A DNA stretch of 64,000 nucleotides from an uncultured delta proteobacterium (GCA_963845195.1 CAWJRH010000004.1:742104-806103), one strand, 5' to 3'. Counted from the first letter of the stretch, positions 48,412 through 60,406 are shown. A program made the numbers and translations. The notes: generated from the letters alone by a model not told the origin.

Positions 48412-50028
48412 TTGGCTCACAGGCAATTCTGTCGTTACCATTCAATAGTGGCTGGACTGGAAAAATTTCTGCAATATCTCACGCGCGACGATGTGAGCGA
48501 GATGGTGTTTCGGACGGGAGCCGCGGCGGCGGTGAAAAGGAACGGGAAGCTCCAGGCGGTGACCCGCGAGGCGTTGACCGCGCAGCACATTCTCAAGCTT
48601 ATGCATGAGACGCCCCTCGAGAACCTCGTTCCGGTTCGCGACGGTACATCGGAGCCGACGCCGACTCGCATCGACGGAAGGCCGTACGTCGCGTCGGTTG
48701 CGCGCTCGGGTCCGGCGTTGCTGCTTCGGGTATGGCTTCCCGCCAGCGAGGCCGCGGAGCCAGAGCCCGCCGAGCGGGATCTCGTCTCTGTGCCTCCTCC
48801 GGCAGCCCCGAGTGTCCAAGTGGTGTCCGGGCCTTTGGGCGAAGCAGTCGCCGAGGATCCCGAGATCCCGGTTGGGGAGGTCCTCGACGCAGCGCCCAAG
48901 CTCGGCGCTCTGCTGAAGGATGCGCGCGCGCGGGCCGCGAGTGATCTTCACATCGTTGCAGAGGAGCCTCCGAGGTTTCGCTGCGGATCGCATCTCATCG
49001 TTGCCGGTGAGCCGTTGGCAGGCGACGAGGTCGAGACGCTCGTGACACCGCTTCTCGACGAGCGGAGCGTCGCTCAGCTCTCCGAGCTCGGCTACGCGGA
49101 TTTCGCCTGCCAGATTCGAGGTGCTGGCCGTTTTCGCGTTAACGTGAACCGGCAGCGCACAGGCCTCAAAGCCTGTTTCCGACTGGTCATGCACAAGCCT
49201 CCTTCGCTCGAAGCGCTTGGTCTGCCGTCTGAGTTGCGGCAGATGCTCGACCACCATCAAGGGCTGGTGGTCATCTCCGGCCCGAGCGGCGCGGGGAAAA
49301 CGACGACCCTGGCCGCGCTGGTGGACCTCTTCAACAGTTCGCGCGCCGTACACATCATCACGGTCGAAGACCCAGTCGAGATCATCCACCCGATCAAGCG
49401 CGCGATCGTCAGCCAGCGCGAGGTTGGCTCGCACACGAACAGCTTCCACGCGGCTCTCAAGGGCTCGCTGCGCGAAGATCCGGACGTCATCGCCATCGGA
49501 GAGCTTCGCGACCGAGAGACCGTGGAGAAAGCCCTCGAGGCCGCCGAGACCGGCCATTTGGTGTTCGCGACGATGAGTACGCCTTCGGGGGCCACCACCA
49601 TCGATCGCCTCATCGACATGTTCCCGCCGGACGATCAGTCCCAGGTGCGCGCCACGCTCGCTGGAGCCCTGAAATTCGTGGTGAGCCAGCGGCTCGTGCC
49701 CACGGTCTCGGGGAACGGGCTCGTTGCCGCGGTAGAGCTGCTGACCGGCAATATGGCGCTCTGGTCGTTGATTCGGGACGACAAGCTCTTTCAGCTTCCG
49801 AGCCTACTTCAGCGCGGCCGCGCGTTCGGAATGATCCGCGTCGAGGATTCGCTCAACGCGTTGCTTTCGAGTGGCGTGATCGACGAGGCCACGGCCAAAG
49901 CGACTGCCGACGACGCTCGAATGATCGGCGTTGCCGCTTTGGGGGAGCAGCAAGCGCCCACGTCGTCTACCGATCCCGACACCAACAAGAATGCGCGCCG
50001 CAATCCGTTCGCGAGAAAGGACCGCTGA
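48412..50028 (+). CDS. PilT-family AAA+ ATPase paralogue with extended/duplicated N-terminal region
   Basis: Walker A GPSGAGKTTT, Walker B DPDVIAIGELRD and His box FATMST. The ~180 aa N-terminal extension precedes the normal SDLHI domain. The track start is TTG 48412, with an alternative GTG at 48448. Confidence 0.8.
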   Translation: MAHRQFCRYHSIVAGLEKFLQYLTRDDVSEMVFRTGAAAAVKRNGKLQAVTREALTAQHILKLMHETPLENLVPVRDGTSEPTPTRIDGRPYVASVARSGPALLLRVWLPASEAAEPEPAERDLVSVPPPAAPSVQVVSGPLGEAVAEDPEIPVGEVLDAAPKLGALLKDARARAASDLHIVAEEPPRFRCGSHLIVAGEPLAGDEVETLVTPLLDERSVAQLSELGYADFACQIRGAGRFRVNVNRQRTGLKACFRLVMHKPPSLEALGLPSELRQMLDHHQGLVVISGPSGAGKTTTLAALVDLFNSSRAVHIITVEDPVEIIHPIKRAIVSQREVGSHTNSFHAALKGSLREDPDVIAIGELRDRETVEKALEAAETGHLVFATMSTPSGATTIDRLIDMFPPDDQSQVRATLAGALKFVVSQRLVPTVSGNGLVAAVELLTGNMALWSLIRDDKLFQLPSLLQRGRAFGMIRVEDSLNALLSSGVIDEATAKATADDARMIGVAALGEQQAPTSSTDPDTNKNARRNPFARKDR

Positions 50029-50031
50029 GTC

Positions 50032-51117
50032 ATGCCGGTGATCGACCGCTATTTCGACGTCCTGCTGAAGCAAGGTGGATCAGACCTTCATCTGTCCGTC
50101 GGCTATCCGCCCACGATCCGTCTCAAGGGCGACTTGGTCGCTATCGACAGAGATCGCCTCGACAAAGCCACCATGGTCGGCCTGCTCGACGAACTGCTCG
50201 ATCGCGACCGCCGTGAGACATTTCACGAGAGCCACGACCTCGATTTTGCGTACGGCTACGGGGACAAGGCCCGCTTCCGCGCCAACTATTTCTACAAGAC
50301 GACCGGTCCCGCTGCGGTGTTTCGAACCATTCCGAGCGAGATTCTGTCGGCGACCGATCTCGGCCTATCGAGTGCGATCGTACGGCTTGCCGAGCGTCAG
50401 GCAGGACTGGTTCTGGTCACCGGTCCGACCGGAAGTGGCAAGAGCACAACCTTGGCGGCCATGCTCGACCACATCAACCGCACCCGCGCAGGTCACATCC
50501 TCACCATCGAGGATCCGATCGAGTTCGTGCACCGTCCCAACAAATGCCAAGTTACGCATCGTGAAGTCGGCGAGCACACGCCATCGTTCGCCGACGCGAT
50601 CCGAAGTGCCGGGCGAGAGAATGCCGACGTCATTCTGGTGGGAGAGCTTCGGGGCCGCGAGACGATGAAGTTAGCCCTGCAGCTCGCGAGCTTTGGGATT
50701 CTCATCTTTGCCACCGTTCACACCAACTCGGCTCCCGCGACGATCGATCGCTTCGTCAACGCGTTTCCTGCAAGTCAGCAGCCTCAGATCCGAGGGATGC
50801 TCGCAGATTCGCTTGCAGGCATCGTCGCGCAGCAGCTTCTTCGCCGTGCCGACGGCAGTGGACGGGTGGCGGCGCAGGAGATTCTGATCGGCACCTCCGG
50901 CGTCGCGTCTGCGATTCGGGAGGGCAAGACGACTATGCTTCAGAGCCTGATCCAAAGCGGGGGCAGTCACGGGATGCAGAGCATCGACAGCGTGCTTGCG
51001 AAGCTCGTTAGCGAAGGCACGGTTGATGCGTCGATCGCCCTCGAGAAGGCTGCGGACAAGGAGTCGTTCGCAAAGCTTCCGGTGGTCGCTCGGCAATTGG
51101 GCAACTCGGAAGGGTGA
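50032..51117 (+). CDS. pilT: Type IV pilus retraction ATPase PilT
   Basis: 361 aa. GGSDLHLSVGYPP N-terminus, GPTGSGKSTT, ADVILVGELRG, and an AIREGK motif similar to the PilT AIRNLIRE signature. Confidence 0.9.
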   Translation: MPVIDRYFDVLLKQGGSDLHLSVGYPPTIRLKGDLVAIDRDRLDKATMVGLLDELLDRDRRETFHESHDLDFAYGYGDKARFRANYFYKTTGPAAVFRTIPSEILSATDLGLSSAIVRLAERQAGLVLVTGPTGSGKSTTLAAMLDHINRTRAGHILTIEDPIEFVHRPNKCQVTHREVGEHTPSFADAIRSAGRENADVILVGELRGRETMKLALQLASFGILIFATVHTNSAPATIDRFVNAFPASQQPQIRGMLADSLAGIVAQQLLRRADGSGRVAAQEILIGTSGVASAIREGKTTMLQSLIQSGGSHGMQSIDSVLAKLVSEGTVDASIALEKAADKESFAKLPVVARQLGNSEG

Positions 51118-51129
51118 GCAAGTCGCCGG

Positions 51130-53070
51130 TCAGTCGACCGTGAAACTGTAGCGCGCGCCCATTCGCGGCGCGCCGAACGTCGGGAACCGCACGTTCGAGA
51201 TCGCCCGGCCCATGCAGCCGTGGAAGGTTGGATCGCCACCACGCACGCTCGCGCCGAGTACCGAACCGCTGCCCGCGATCGCGAGGTCGACCGTCACCTT
51301 TCCAAGACGGGCGCCGCTCTTCTGCGCGGGAATCACGCACTTTCCGTAGAAGCGATTGAGATTCGCATTCATCACGCTTGCAACCTGCGCGCCGCTAAGC
51401 CGACCCTCTGCGCCGCCCTGAGAAGCGTCACCGAGTTCGACTGCCCGGTTCATGGCGTCCTCGTAGGTCTCAAGCCCGTCTTTGCGGCGTGGCGTCGGTG
51501 CCGGGCTGCCACCGCCCGACCCCTTCTTGCGTCGTCGCACCGGCTGGTCCGGTAGCAGTCCCGCTTCACCGGTTGGAATGTCGCCGAGCTGAAAGAGGTC
51601 GTCGAGCGCGGTTGCCGATGCCTCACGGAAGTCACTCGAGCGTGAAAGCAGGAACCCACCGACCGAAGCGCCGATCACGGCAACGAGCGAGACTGCGATC
51701 ATCCATTTCGCGGCCGAAGAGCGTTTCTCGGATTTCTGTGCGTTCGTACGAGCCGCATGCTCCGCGGCCAGCACGTTCTGGTGTTCGCGCTGCACTACGA
51801 ACTCCGTGAACTCGGGCCACTCGCGAAGGGGCTTTCGTTCCGCGAGGTCCAAATTCAGGGTCGCATCCTGGCCCGAGAAGCCCCCGACATTGAGTCGTTC
51901 GATCAGCTCACGAGCGTTGAAGGGCCCGTGGTCCATCCCGTCCTGATCGACCATCCATCGCTGCTTGGAGTCGGACGAGAGTCGTTCCAGCAGGACACGC
52001 AGGTCGCGCGTGGGCGCCGTTTTCGAGGGGTCTTCGGCAGGAGGGTCCTTCGAGACAGCAAAGGCTTTCGGGAAGCCCTCCGGCACTCCCGGAATGTTCA
52101 TCTCCGGGGGCGGCAGCACCGAGGCCAGGTCGACGTCGAACGTCGGCATGCTGGGCATGCGGGGCCCTGCCGGCATGCTCATCGTGACCGGGAAGCTCGG
52201 CAGCGGAAAGCTTGCTTCGTCCGGGGAGGGCGGGACCGAGTTGGCTTCTTGGACGAATGGCGCAAGCGCCTGCAGCAGGGCGTCGGGTGAATCGAACCGG
52301 TCGCGCGGGTCGAGCGCCAGGCATCGAAACACCGCGCCGTCGATCTCTGCCGGGATGTCGTCACGTACGTGAGAAGGCGGCACGAAGCTCGCGCCTGGGA
52401 CTCTCCCGGTGAGCAGTTCGTAGAGAATCGCTCCGATCCCGAACACATCGCTGCGCGTGCTCGGCGGCGCACCCTTTCTCACCTCGGGGGCGAGGCAGGC
52501 GCGGTCCTCTTCTGAGAATGTATCTGCTCCTGCAACCTCGAGCAGGATTCGTCCGGTCCCGAAGTCACGGACCTTGACGCGGCCGCCGCGGGTTACCCAA
52601 ACCGAGCTCGGTCGAAGCGTTCCGTGTGGGCCCTTGTCTTCTGCGTAGCTAAGAGCACTGCAGAGGTTGGCGACGACGTTGTAGCTGCCTCTCAGCGAAA
52701 GCGGCTGGCCATTGCGCTGCCGCTCCGCGATGAAGTCCGAGAGCCTTGCTCCTTCGATCCACTCGCCAGCAATGAAGTGTTCGCCTTTTTCGGTGCGCCC
52801 CACACCAAACGTCTTCGCGATGTTCCGGTGCGACAGGTTGGCCGCCATTCGGCAGGCGTCGCGGAACTGCGATGCAGATTGAGGCGGCACTAGCTCCGGC
52901 CGGAGCACGTGAACCAAGATCGCGCGCTTGGTTTGCTGATCCTTGGCGGACCAGACGACGGACTGAAGGTCCTCATCGACACGGTCGACGACCTCGAACC
53001 TTCCTCCCACCACGACGCCCGGATGCAACCCCGAGTGTTCTGGCGACGACGACGCGACCCCTTCCGGCAT
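51130..53070 (-). CDS. Ser/Thr-kinase-fold protein with degenerate catalytic motifs (predicted pseudokinase), GYF-like domain, TM helix and AgmX/PglI-type TonB-C-like C-terminal domain
   Basis: The kinase fold is recognisable (DFG and APE present). There is no GxGxxG loop, VAIK Lys is replaced by His (AILVHVL), and HRDLKPSN is replaced by HGTLRPSS. A GYF-like WMVDQDGMDHGPF segment, a TM helix and a C-terminal domain ending RYSFTVD follow. Confidence 0.8.
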   Translation of the reverse strand: MPEGVASSSPEHSGLHPGVVVGGRFEVVDRVDEDLQSVVWSAKDQQTKRAILVHVLRPELVPPQSASQFRDACRMAANLSHRNIAKTFGVGRTEKGEHFIAGEWIEGARLSDFIAERQRNGQPLSLRGSYNVVANLCSALSYAEDKGPHGTLRPSSVWVTRGGRVKVRDFGTGRILLEVAGADTFSEEDRACLAPEVRKGAPPSTRSDVFGIGAILYELLTGRVPGASFVPPSHVRDDIPAEIDGAVFRCLALDPRDRFDSPDALLQALAPFVQEANSVPPSPDEASFPLPSFPVTMSMPAGPRMPSMPTFDVDLASVLPPPEMNIPGVPEGFPKAFAVSKDPPAEDPSKTAPTRDLRVLLERLSSDSKQRWMVDQDGMDHGPFNARELIERLNVGGFSGQDATLNLDLAERKPLREWPEFTEFVVQREHQNVLAAEHAARTNAQKSEKRSSAAKWMIAVSLVAVIGASVGGFLLSRSSDFREASATALDDLFQLGDIPTGEAGLLPDQPVRRRKKGSGGGSPAPTPRRKDGLETYEDAMNRAVELGDASQGGAEGRLSGAQVASVMNANLNRFYGKCVIPAQKSGARLGKVTVDLAIAGSGSVLGASVRGGDPTFHGCMGRAISNVRFPTFGAPRMGARYSFTVD

Positions 53071-53122
53071 TTCCCGACTCCAAGATAGACGAGGGGCTGG
53101 CCGAGGTTCAACTTCGTCGGCG

Positions 53123-54799
53123 TCAGGCGCTGCGTTCGGCCAGTTCCAGGCTCAATTCGCGCTCTCGGAAAACCGCTCCAGCCATCGATTCGATGACCTC
53201 CGCCGCCCGGTCCTCGGGGACGTCGACGAGGGAGTGCTTGTCGCGCACCCGAATTCGGCCGATTTGTGCGCGTTTCAGGCCTGTCCGTTCTCGAAGAAGC
53301 TTCCCGAGCTCGGAGGCCTTCAGCTCGTCGCGTCTACCTACGTTGACGTACAGCGTGGTCGTTGCGGGGGCGTCGGCCTCGGCCGCCTCCTCGTCGTCGT
53401 CGGAGTCCTCCCCGAGAGCCTCAGGGGCAGCGGATGCCTTGCCGCGTCGCCGCACGGTGGCGGCCGCATCATCGACTTCGTCAGAACCGGTGTCGAAGAA
53501 CGCGCCCAAGAGCCCTGCCAGCATCCGTTCGGCGTTCGGATGGGTCATTAGCCTGCGGGCCAAGGCCAGTCCTTCCTCACTCGGGGCCTTGGGGTAGGCG
53601 AGGTCAATCATTGCGATGCGGTCGGCCTCGCGGCGCGTCTGCGCCTCCCCGTCGCTCGGGAGCGTTCGCTCGACCGGAAAGATCCGATACTGCAGCCGGA
53701 GGTAGTAGAGGATGCCCAGTTCGTTCGGTCCAACCAGAGAGATCGCCGTGCCAGTTCGTCCTGCTCGGCCCGTACGACCCGTGCGGTGGACGTACTGCTC
53801 CACGTTCTCGGGCAAGCTGAAGTTGATGACGTGAGTTAGATGCGAAAGATCGATGCCTCTTGCGGCGACGTCGGTCGCGACGAGAAATCGGACCTCCCCC
53901 TTGCGAGTTCGACCGAGTACCTGTTCTCGTTCCCGCTGTGGTCGGTCACCGCTCAGCCACTCGGCGTTGAACCCAGCGCGCTTGAGAGAAGACGCGACCT
54001 CGTCGGTTTCTGCCTTCGTGTTGCAGAAGATCAGCGCGCTCTCCGGGTCTTCGATTTCGAGTACGGAGATCAGGTTGCTTACGCGTCCCACGCCGCTGAC
54101 CATGTACACAAAGTGCTTGATGCCGAGCGCGCCGACGTGATCCCCGGAAAGGCCCAGAAATTCCGGGTCTTTCATGTGCCTTTCGGCCACTCGCTTGATC
54201 GCTCGATCGACCGTCGCCGAGAACAAAAGAGTCTGCCGCTTCTCTGGCAACCTCTCGATGATCGCGTTGAGCTCCTTAGCGAAGCCCATCGATAGCATCT
54301 CGTCTGCTTCGTCGAGCACGAGGACGCGGATTCGTGATGCGTCCATGGTGCCCCGCTTCAGATGATCGAGAACACGTCCAGGGGTACCACTGATGACGCG
54401 CGCGCCTTCACGAAGCGCCTGGATCTGACTTTCCATCGAAGCGCCGCCATAGACAGCGACGGTCTGGAGATCGCGATGGGCGCCGACTCGAGCTATTTCG
54501 CGCGCGCTCTGCAGCGCAAGCTCACGGGTGGGCGCGAGGACGAGCGCCTGCTCGTCTCCATCGTCTGAAATCAGCCGGTCCACGAGCGGGATTCCAAACG
54601 CACCGGTCTTGCCGGTGCCGGTGCGTGACTGCACGATGACGTCGCGGCCGTCTACGATGAGCGGATACGCGTCTCTTTGGACGGGGGTCGGGAGCTCCCA
54701 TCCCATCTCGACCAGGGCTTTGAGCACGTCTTCGTGCAGCCCCAGTTCGGCAAAAGTCTGAGGAGGGGTCTCTTCGGGGGCAGCTGCCTCATCGTTCAT
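53123..54799 (-). CDS. DEAD-box ATP-dependent RNA helicase with DbpA-type C-terminal RNA-binding domain
   Basis: Q-motif region, SRTGTGKT, DEAD, SAT and HRTGRTGRAG motifs. Acidic linker and a C-terminal DbpA-like domain. Confidence 0.92.
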   Translation of the reverse strand: MNDEAAAPEETPPQTFAELGLHEDVLKALVEMGWELPTPVQRDAYPLIVDGRDVIVQSRTGTGKTGAFGIPLVDRLISDDGDEQALVLAPTRELALQSAREIARVGAHRDLQTVAVYGGASMESQIQALREGARVISGTPGRVLDHLKRGTMDASRIRVLVLDEADEMLSMGFAKELNAIIERLPEKRQTLLFSATVDRAIKRVAERHMKDPEFLGLSGDHVGALGIKHFVYMVSGVGRVSNLISVLEIEDPESALIFCNTKAETDEVASSLKRAGFNAEWLSGDRPQREREQVLGRTRKGEVRFLVATDVAARGIDLSHLTHVINFSLPENVEQYVHRTGRTGRAGRTGTAISLVGPNELGILYYLRLQYRIFPVERTLPSDGEAQTRREADRIAMIDLAYPKAPSEEGLALARRLMTHPNAERMLAGLLGAFFDTGSDEVDDAAATVRRRGKASAAPEALGEDSDDDEEAAEADAPATTTLYVNVGRRDELKASELGKLLRERTGLKRAQIGRIRVRDKHSLVDVPEDRAAEVIESMAGAVFRERELSLELAERSA

Positions 54800-54817
54800 G
54801 ATTTGAATTCCGTCGTG

Positions 54818-55249
54818 TCATTCGGGGTGTTCGTGCACCGGTCCGAGGATCCGTTGGACTCGGTTGGCCAGCGGCGCGTCCTCGCGCATGTATCGTTGGA
54901 CGTTGAGCTCGACTCGGTGCCGATATTTGTTCAGTAGCTCTACCTTGCTCTCGTCGCAGCGTCCCCGAAGGGCGTTGAGGCGCAAATCCCAGACTTCAAG
55001 TCTGTCCCGAAGCGCAGTCGGGTCGATGACGTTGCTCGTGAGATACTCGAGCCTGACGTCGTTCACGTCTGCATAGAGCATCCGAAGCCCGTCGGCGCAA
55101 TCGACATCGAAGGATTCGTCGCTTGGTGGCCAGAAAACCTGCGGAATTACCGAGGCGAAGCCCACTATCACCAGATAGGAAAGAGCGACGGCATACATAC
55201 CGATCGCCAAGATCCGGCCCAGACGGCCCCGCTGTTCTTTAGGCGGCAA
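54818..55249 (-). CDS. Hypothetical membrane-anchored protein
   Basis: 143 aa ORF with one N-terminal TM helix. It lies in the same-strand gene string between the response regulator and the helicase. TTG start uncertain, and no family recognised. Confidence 0.4.
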   Translation of the reverse strand: MPPKEQRGRLGRILAIGMYAVALSYLVIVGFASVIPQVFWPPSDESFDVDCADGLRMLYADVNDVRLEYLTSNVIDPTALRDRLEVWDLRLNALRGRCDESKVELLNKYRHRVELNVQRYMREDAPLANRVQRILGPVHEHPE

Positions 55250-55309
55250 GAAAACTCCTCGAGCACCCGACTCGCGCGCGCTCGGTTGTACAGAGCCCCC
55301 CCGGATCGG

Positions 55310-55462
55310 TCAAGACGGCGGGGGATCGGGGGGCAGTCGACGGCCCTCGCGCTTTTCGCGCCTCCGCCCCCAAAAATAGAGTCCCGCGCCGACCCCGACG
55401 ATGCCTCCGACCGTCAGGGCGCAGAGGAAATACCAGAACAGATATGTGAGTCCGGACCCCAT
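55310..55462 (-). CDS. Possible 50-aa single-TM protein (not in ORF track)
   Basis: My own translation of the minus strand gives MGSGLTYLFWYFLCALTVGGIVGVGAGLYFWGRRREKREGRRLPPDPPPS. The ATG lies 2 nt after the response-regulator stop. Support comes from position and hydrophobicity only. Confidence 0.3.
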   Translation of the reverse strand: MGSGLTYLFWYFLCALTVGGIVGVGAGLYFWGRRREKREGRRLPPDPPPS

Positions 55463-55464
55463 CG

Positions 55465-56175
55465 TCAGCAGACCAGCTTGTAGCCGACTCCGTAGACCGT
55501 GAGGATGTGCACCGGGCGCTCCGGCCGAGGTTCGATCTTGCGTCGTAGCTTCACGATGAAGTTGTCGACAGTCCGATTGTTCGGACCTGCCTCGAGTCCC
55601 CAGATTCGTTCGAGAATTTCATCGCGCGATACCGGCTCTCCCTCTCGCTCCCACAGGAACTTCAGCAGTTCGACCTCGTAAAACGAGAGATGCATCGTCT
55701 CGTTTGCGGTGCGGAGCGTCTGTGACCCGGTTTCGATCGCGATTTCTCCTATTTTGATCTCGCTCTGGGAGGGTCGGACGGAACGCCCCGCGCGCCGAAA
55801 AAGCGCACGAATCCGCGCTACCAGCTCGCCGATGGAGAACGGCTTGGTCATGTAGTCGTCCGCGCCGGCCTCTAGTCCCCGAATCTTGTCCGACTCCTGG
55901 CTTCGTGCCGTCAGCATCAGGATCGGAACGATGGGGTCGTTGTCCCGAATCGTCTGACAGACCTGGTATCCGTTAGAATCCGGCAGCATCAGGTCCAAGA
56001 TGACGCAGTCGACCTTTTCTTTCGCGGCGAGGTCGATTGCCTCGATCCCCTTGGGGGTATGAAGCACCCGATAGCCTTCGAACCGTAGTGAGTCGGAAAG
56101 CCCCAGGGCGAGCGAAGGATCGTCTTCGACGAGCAGGATACTGCTGCGCTCCTCATCGGCCATGGGCCGAACCAT
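55465..56175 (-). CDS. OmpR/PhoB-family response regulator
   Basis: Receiver domain (LLVEDD, DLMLPD, K in MTKPF) plus a winged-helix trans-regulatory C-domain (TVYGVGYKL). An alternative ATG is at 56163. Confidence 0.9.
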   Translation of the reverse strand: MVRPMADEERSSILLVEDDPSLALGLSDSLRFEGYRVLHTPKGIEAIDLAAKEKVDCVILDLMLPDSNGYQVCQTIRDNDPIVPILMLTARSQESDKIRGLEAGADDYMTKPFSIGELVARIRALFRRAGRSVRPSQSEIKIGEIAIETGSQTLRTANETMHLSFYEVELLKFLWEREGEPVSRDEILERIWGLEAGPNNRTVDNFIVKLRRKIEPRPERPVHILTVYGVGYKLVC

Positions 56176-56196
56176 AGCACTGATGGGTGAACCTGC

Positions 56197-57756
56197 TCAG
56201 GTTGATGGATGGGAAGGGTCCGAACCGGCGACGGGCACTGTAAACCCTACGATCGCCCCAGAGCCCTCCGCATTGCGCGCCCACGCGCGCCCCCCGTGAG
56301 CCTGCGCGATGTGCTTCACGAGCGACAGTCCGATACCCGAACCACGCGTGGGGGTCTCATGTGTCCCTCGGTAGAATCGCTCGAAGATATGCCGCATCGC
56401 GTCTGGCGGGATGCCGGGACCATGGTCGCGAACCGCCACCTCGATCGACGCGCGGCGGGGCGTGATGTCGAGGTCCACGGGGGTCTGGCCCCCGTACTTC
56501 AACGCGTTGTCGAGCAGGTTGATCACCGCGAGAGCGATCGCTTCCTGATCCATGAGGACCGTCGGCAGCTGCTCGGGCGCATTGAGCCTGACTTCGACGC
56601 CGTCCTGCTCCCCGCGGTAGCGGAACGCATCGAGTGCACGTTGGACTGCGTCGCCGAGGTCGCCTCGCTGGAGGCGGTACGGCCCCTTGCCGCCCTCGAC
56701 TGCCGAGAAGTCGAGGACATTGTCGATCAAAGAAGTCAGCCGTTCGGATTCGCGACAGATGATGTCCAAGTACTCAGTCCGCCGCGCTTCGCTCGGCACG
56801 CGGTCGGATTTGAGCATGTCGGCGAACATCCGCACGACGGACAGCGGCGTCTTGAGTTCGTGAGAGACGTTGGCGAGGAGTTCGCTCTTCAGCTGGTTGA
56901 GGCGGCGCTCCTTTTCTGCTGCGTAGATGAAGAAGATCGCGCCAAGGAGGATCACGGCGAACGCCATGATCGGAAGCGCAACCTCGCCACGTCGACGCGA
57001 CCGGCCCTGCGCTTGGAGGAGTGCGGCTTCGCGTGGGGCAAGCTGGAGTCGCCAAAGATAAAGCGTTGTCGGGAACCGAAAGTCGACCGTGTAGACACCC
57101 GCGGCGCTGAGGTCAGGGCCGAACACCAGTTGATTGCTTTCGTCGACGATGTTGTAGAGCGGCGCACTCGGGTCCGACGTGAGCATTCTCGGAAACACCT
57201 CGTCCACGAGATACTCGATGTCGTGGTACGCCACGACGTAGGTCAGTTCTTCCTCTTCGTTTGCGTAGCCCACGTACGAGAGAAGGTACGTTGCATCGCC
57301 GACCCGTTCGTGCAGGTGCTGAACGCTGCCGGCATTCGGTGTTCCTAGGCTGAGCGACTTCACGAGACGCTGGCGGAATACACGGAGGAAGCTGCGTCGA
57401 CTCATTCGATCGAGCGTGCTCGCCCATTGAAGTATGTTGCCTTCGTCGTCGACCAGCAGGACCGCCTTCACGCTCGGCGTTGCCGTCGCCGCGCGTGGCA
57501 GCCAGACCAGGTCGAGTGAGCTGGAGTCGTCCGGGTCGATAAGCTCCAGTACCGACTCATCGGTCCGCAGGATGTAGTTCTCGATTCTCTCAACGCGCTG
57601 CTCTGCTACCGACAGCAGGGAGCGTACGATCGCCGTTTCGCCGAGCTGCGCGTACTGGCGCGCCGACGAAACCGTGTAGTACCCGAGGATCGCTGCTGCG
57701 ACGAGAATCGCCGGGATCAGCAGGCGGTAGGCTGCACGAAAGCGCGCTCCGTCCAT
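56197..57756 (-). CDS. Sensor histidine kinase
   Basis: Two TM segments flanking a periplasmic domain. H-box SHELKTPL, and N/G boxes (NLLDNALKY, DHGPGI, GSGIGL). Confidence 0.88.
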   Translation of the reverse strand: MDGARFRAAYRLLIPAILVAAAILGYYTVSSARQYAQLGETAIVRSLLSVAEQRVERIENYILRTDESVLELIDPDDSSSLDLVWLPRAATATPSVKAVLLVDDEGNILQWASTLDRMSRRSFLRVFRQRLVKSLSLGTPNAGSVQHLHERVGDATYLLSYVGYANEEEELTYVVAYHDIEYLVDEVFPRMLTSDPSAPLYNIVDESNQLVFGPDLSAAGVYTVDFRFPTTLYLWRLQLAPREAALLQAQGRSRRRGEVALPIMAFAVILLGAIFFIYAAEKERRLNQLKSELLANVSHELKTPLSVVRMFADMLKSDRVPSEARRTEYLDIICRESERLTSLIDNVLDFSAVEGGKGPYRLQRGDLGDAVQRALDAFRYRGEQDGVEVRLNAPEQLPTVLMDQEAIALAVINLLDNALKYGGQTPVDLDITPRRASIEVAVRDHGPGIPPDAMRHIFERFYRGTHETPTRGSGIGLSLVKHIAQAHGGRAWARNAEGSGAIVGFTVPVAGSDPSHPST

Positions 57757-57784
57757 CGTCTAGGCCGGGGTACGCAAACCAGCC

Positions 57785-60235
<2,451 letters not shown>

Positions 60236-60406
60236 GCGCTTTTTCTACTCCAACCCAGCGTGAAGCCGAGTTTTTCCGGTATTGTGGCGAACATAGCCAC
60301 GCACCTTTTCTGTGGCAAGGGATCCGCTGGAAGGCGATTTCCCGCCGATTGGAGATCGTCGAGCCTGGATTGAAGCGTCGAGGCTCCCCCTTTAGGCTCG
60401 CTTCCC

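Noticed and set aside
60236-60406. Possible heat-shock (sigma-32-like) promoter upstream of lon. On the minus strand it reads CTTGCCA, 14 nt, GGCTATGT.
   Set aside because: The -35 resembles CTTGAAA, but the -10 is a poor match to CCCCATNT. The relevant sigma-factor consensus in this lineage is unknown to me.
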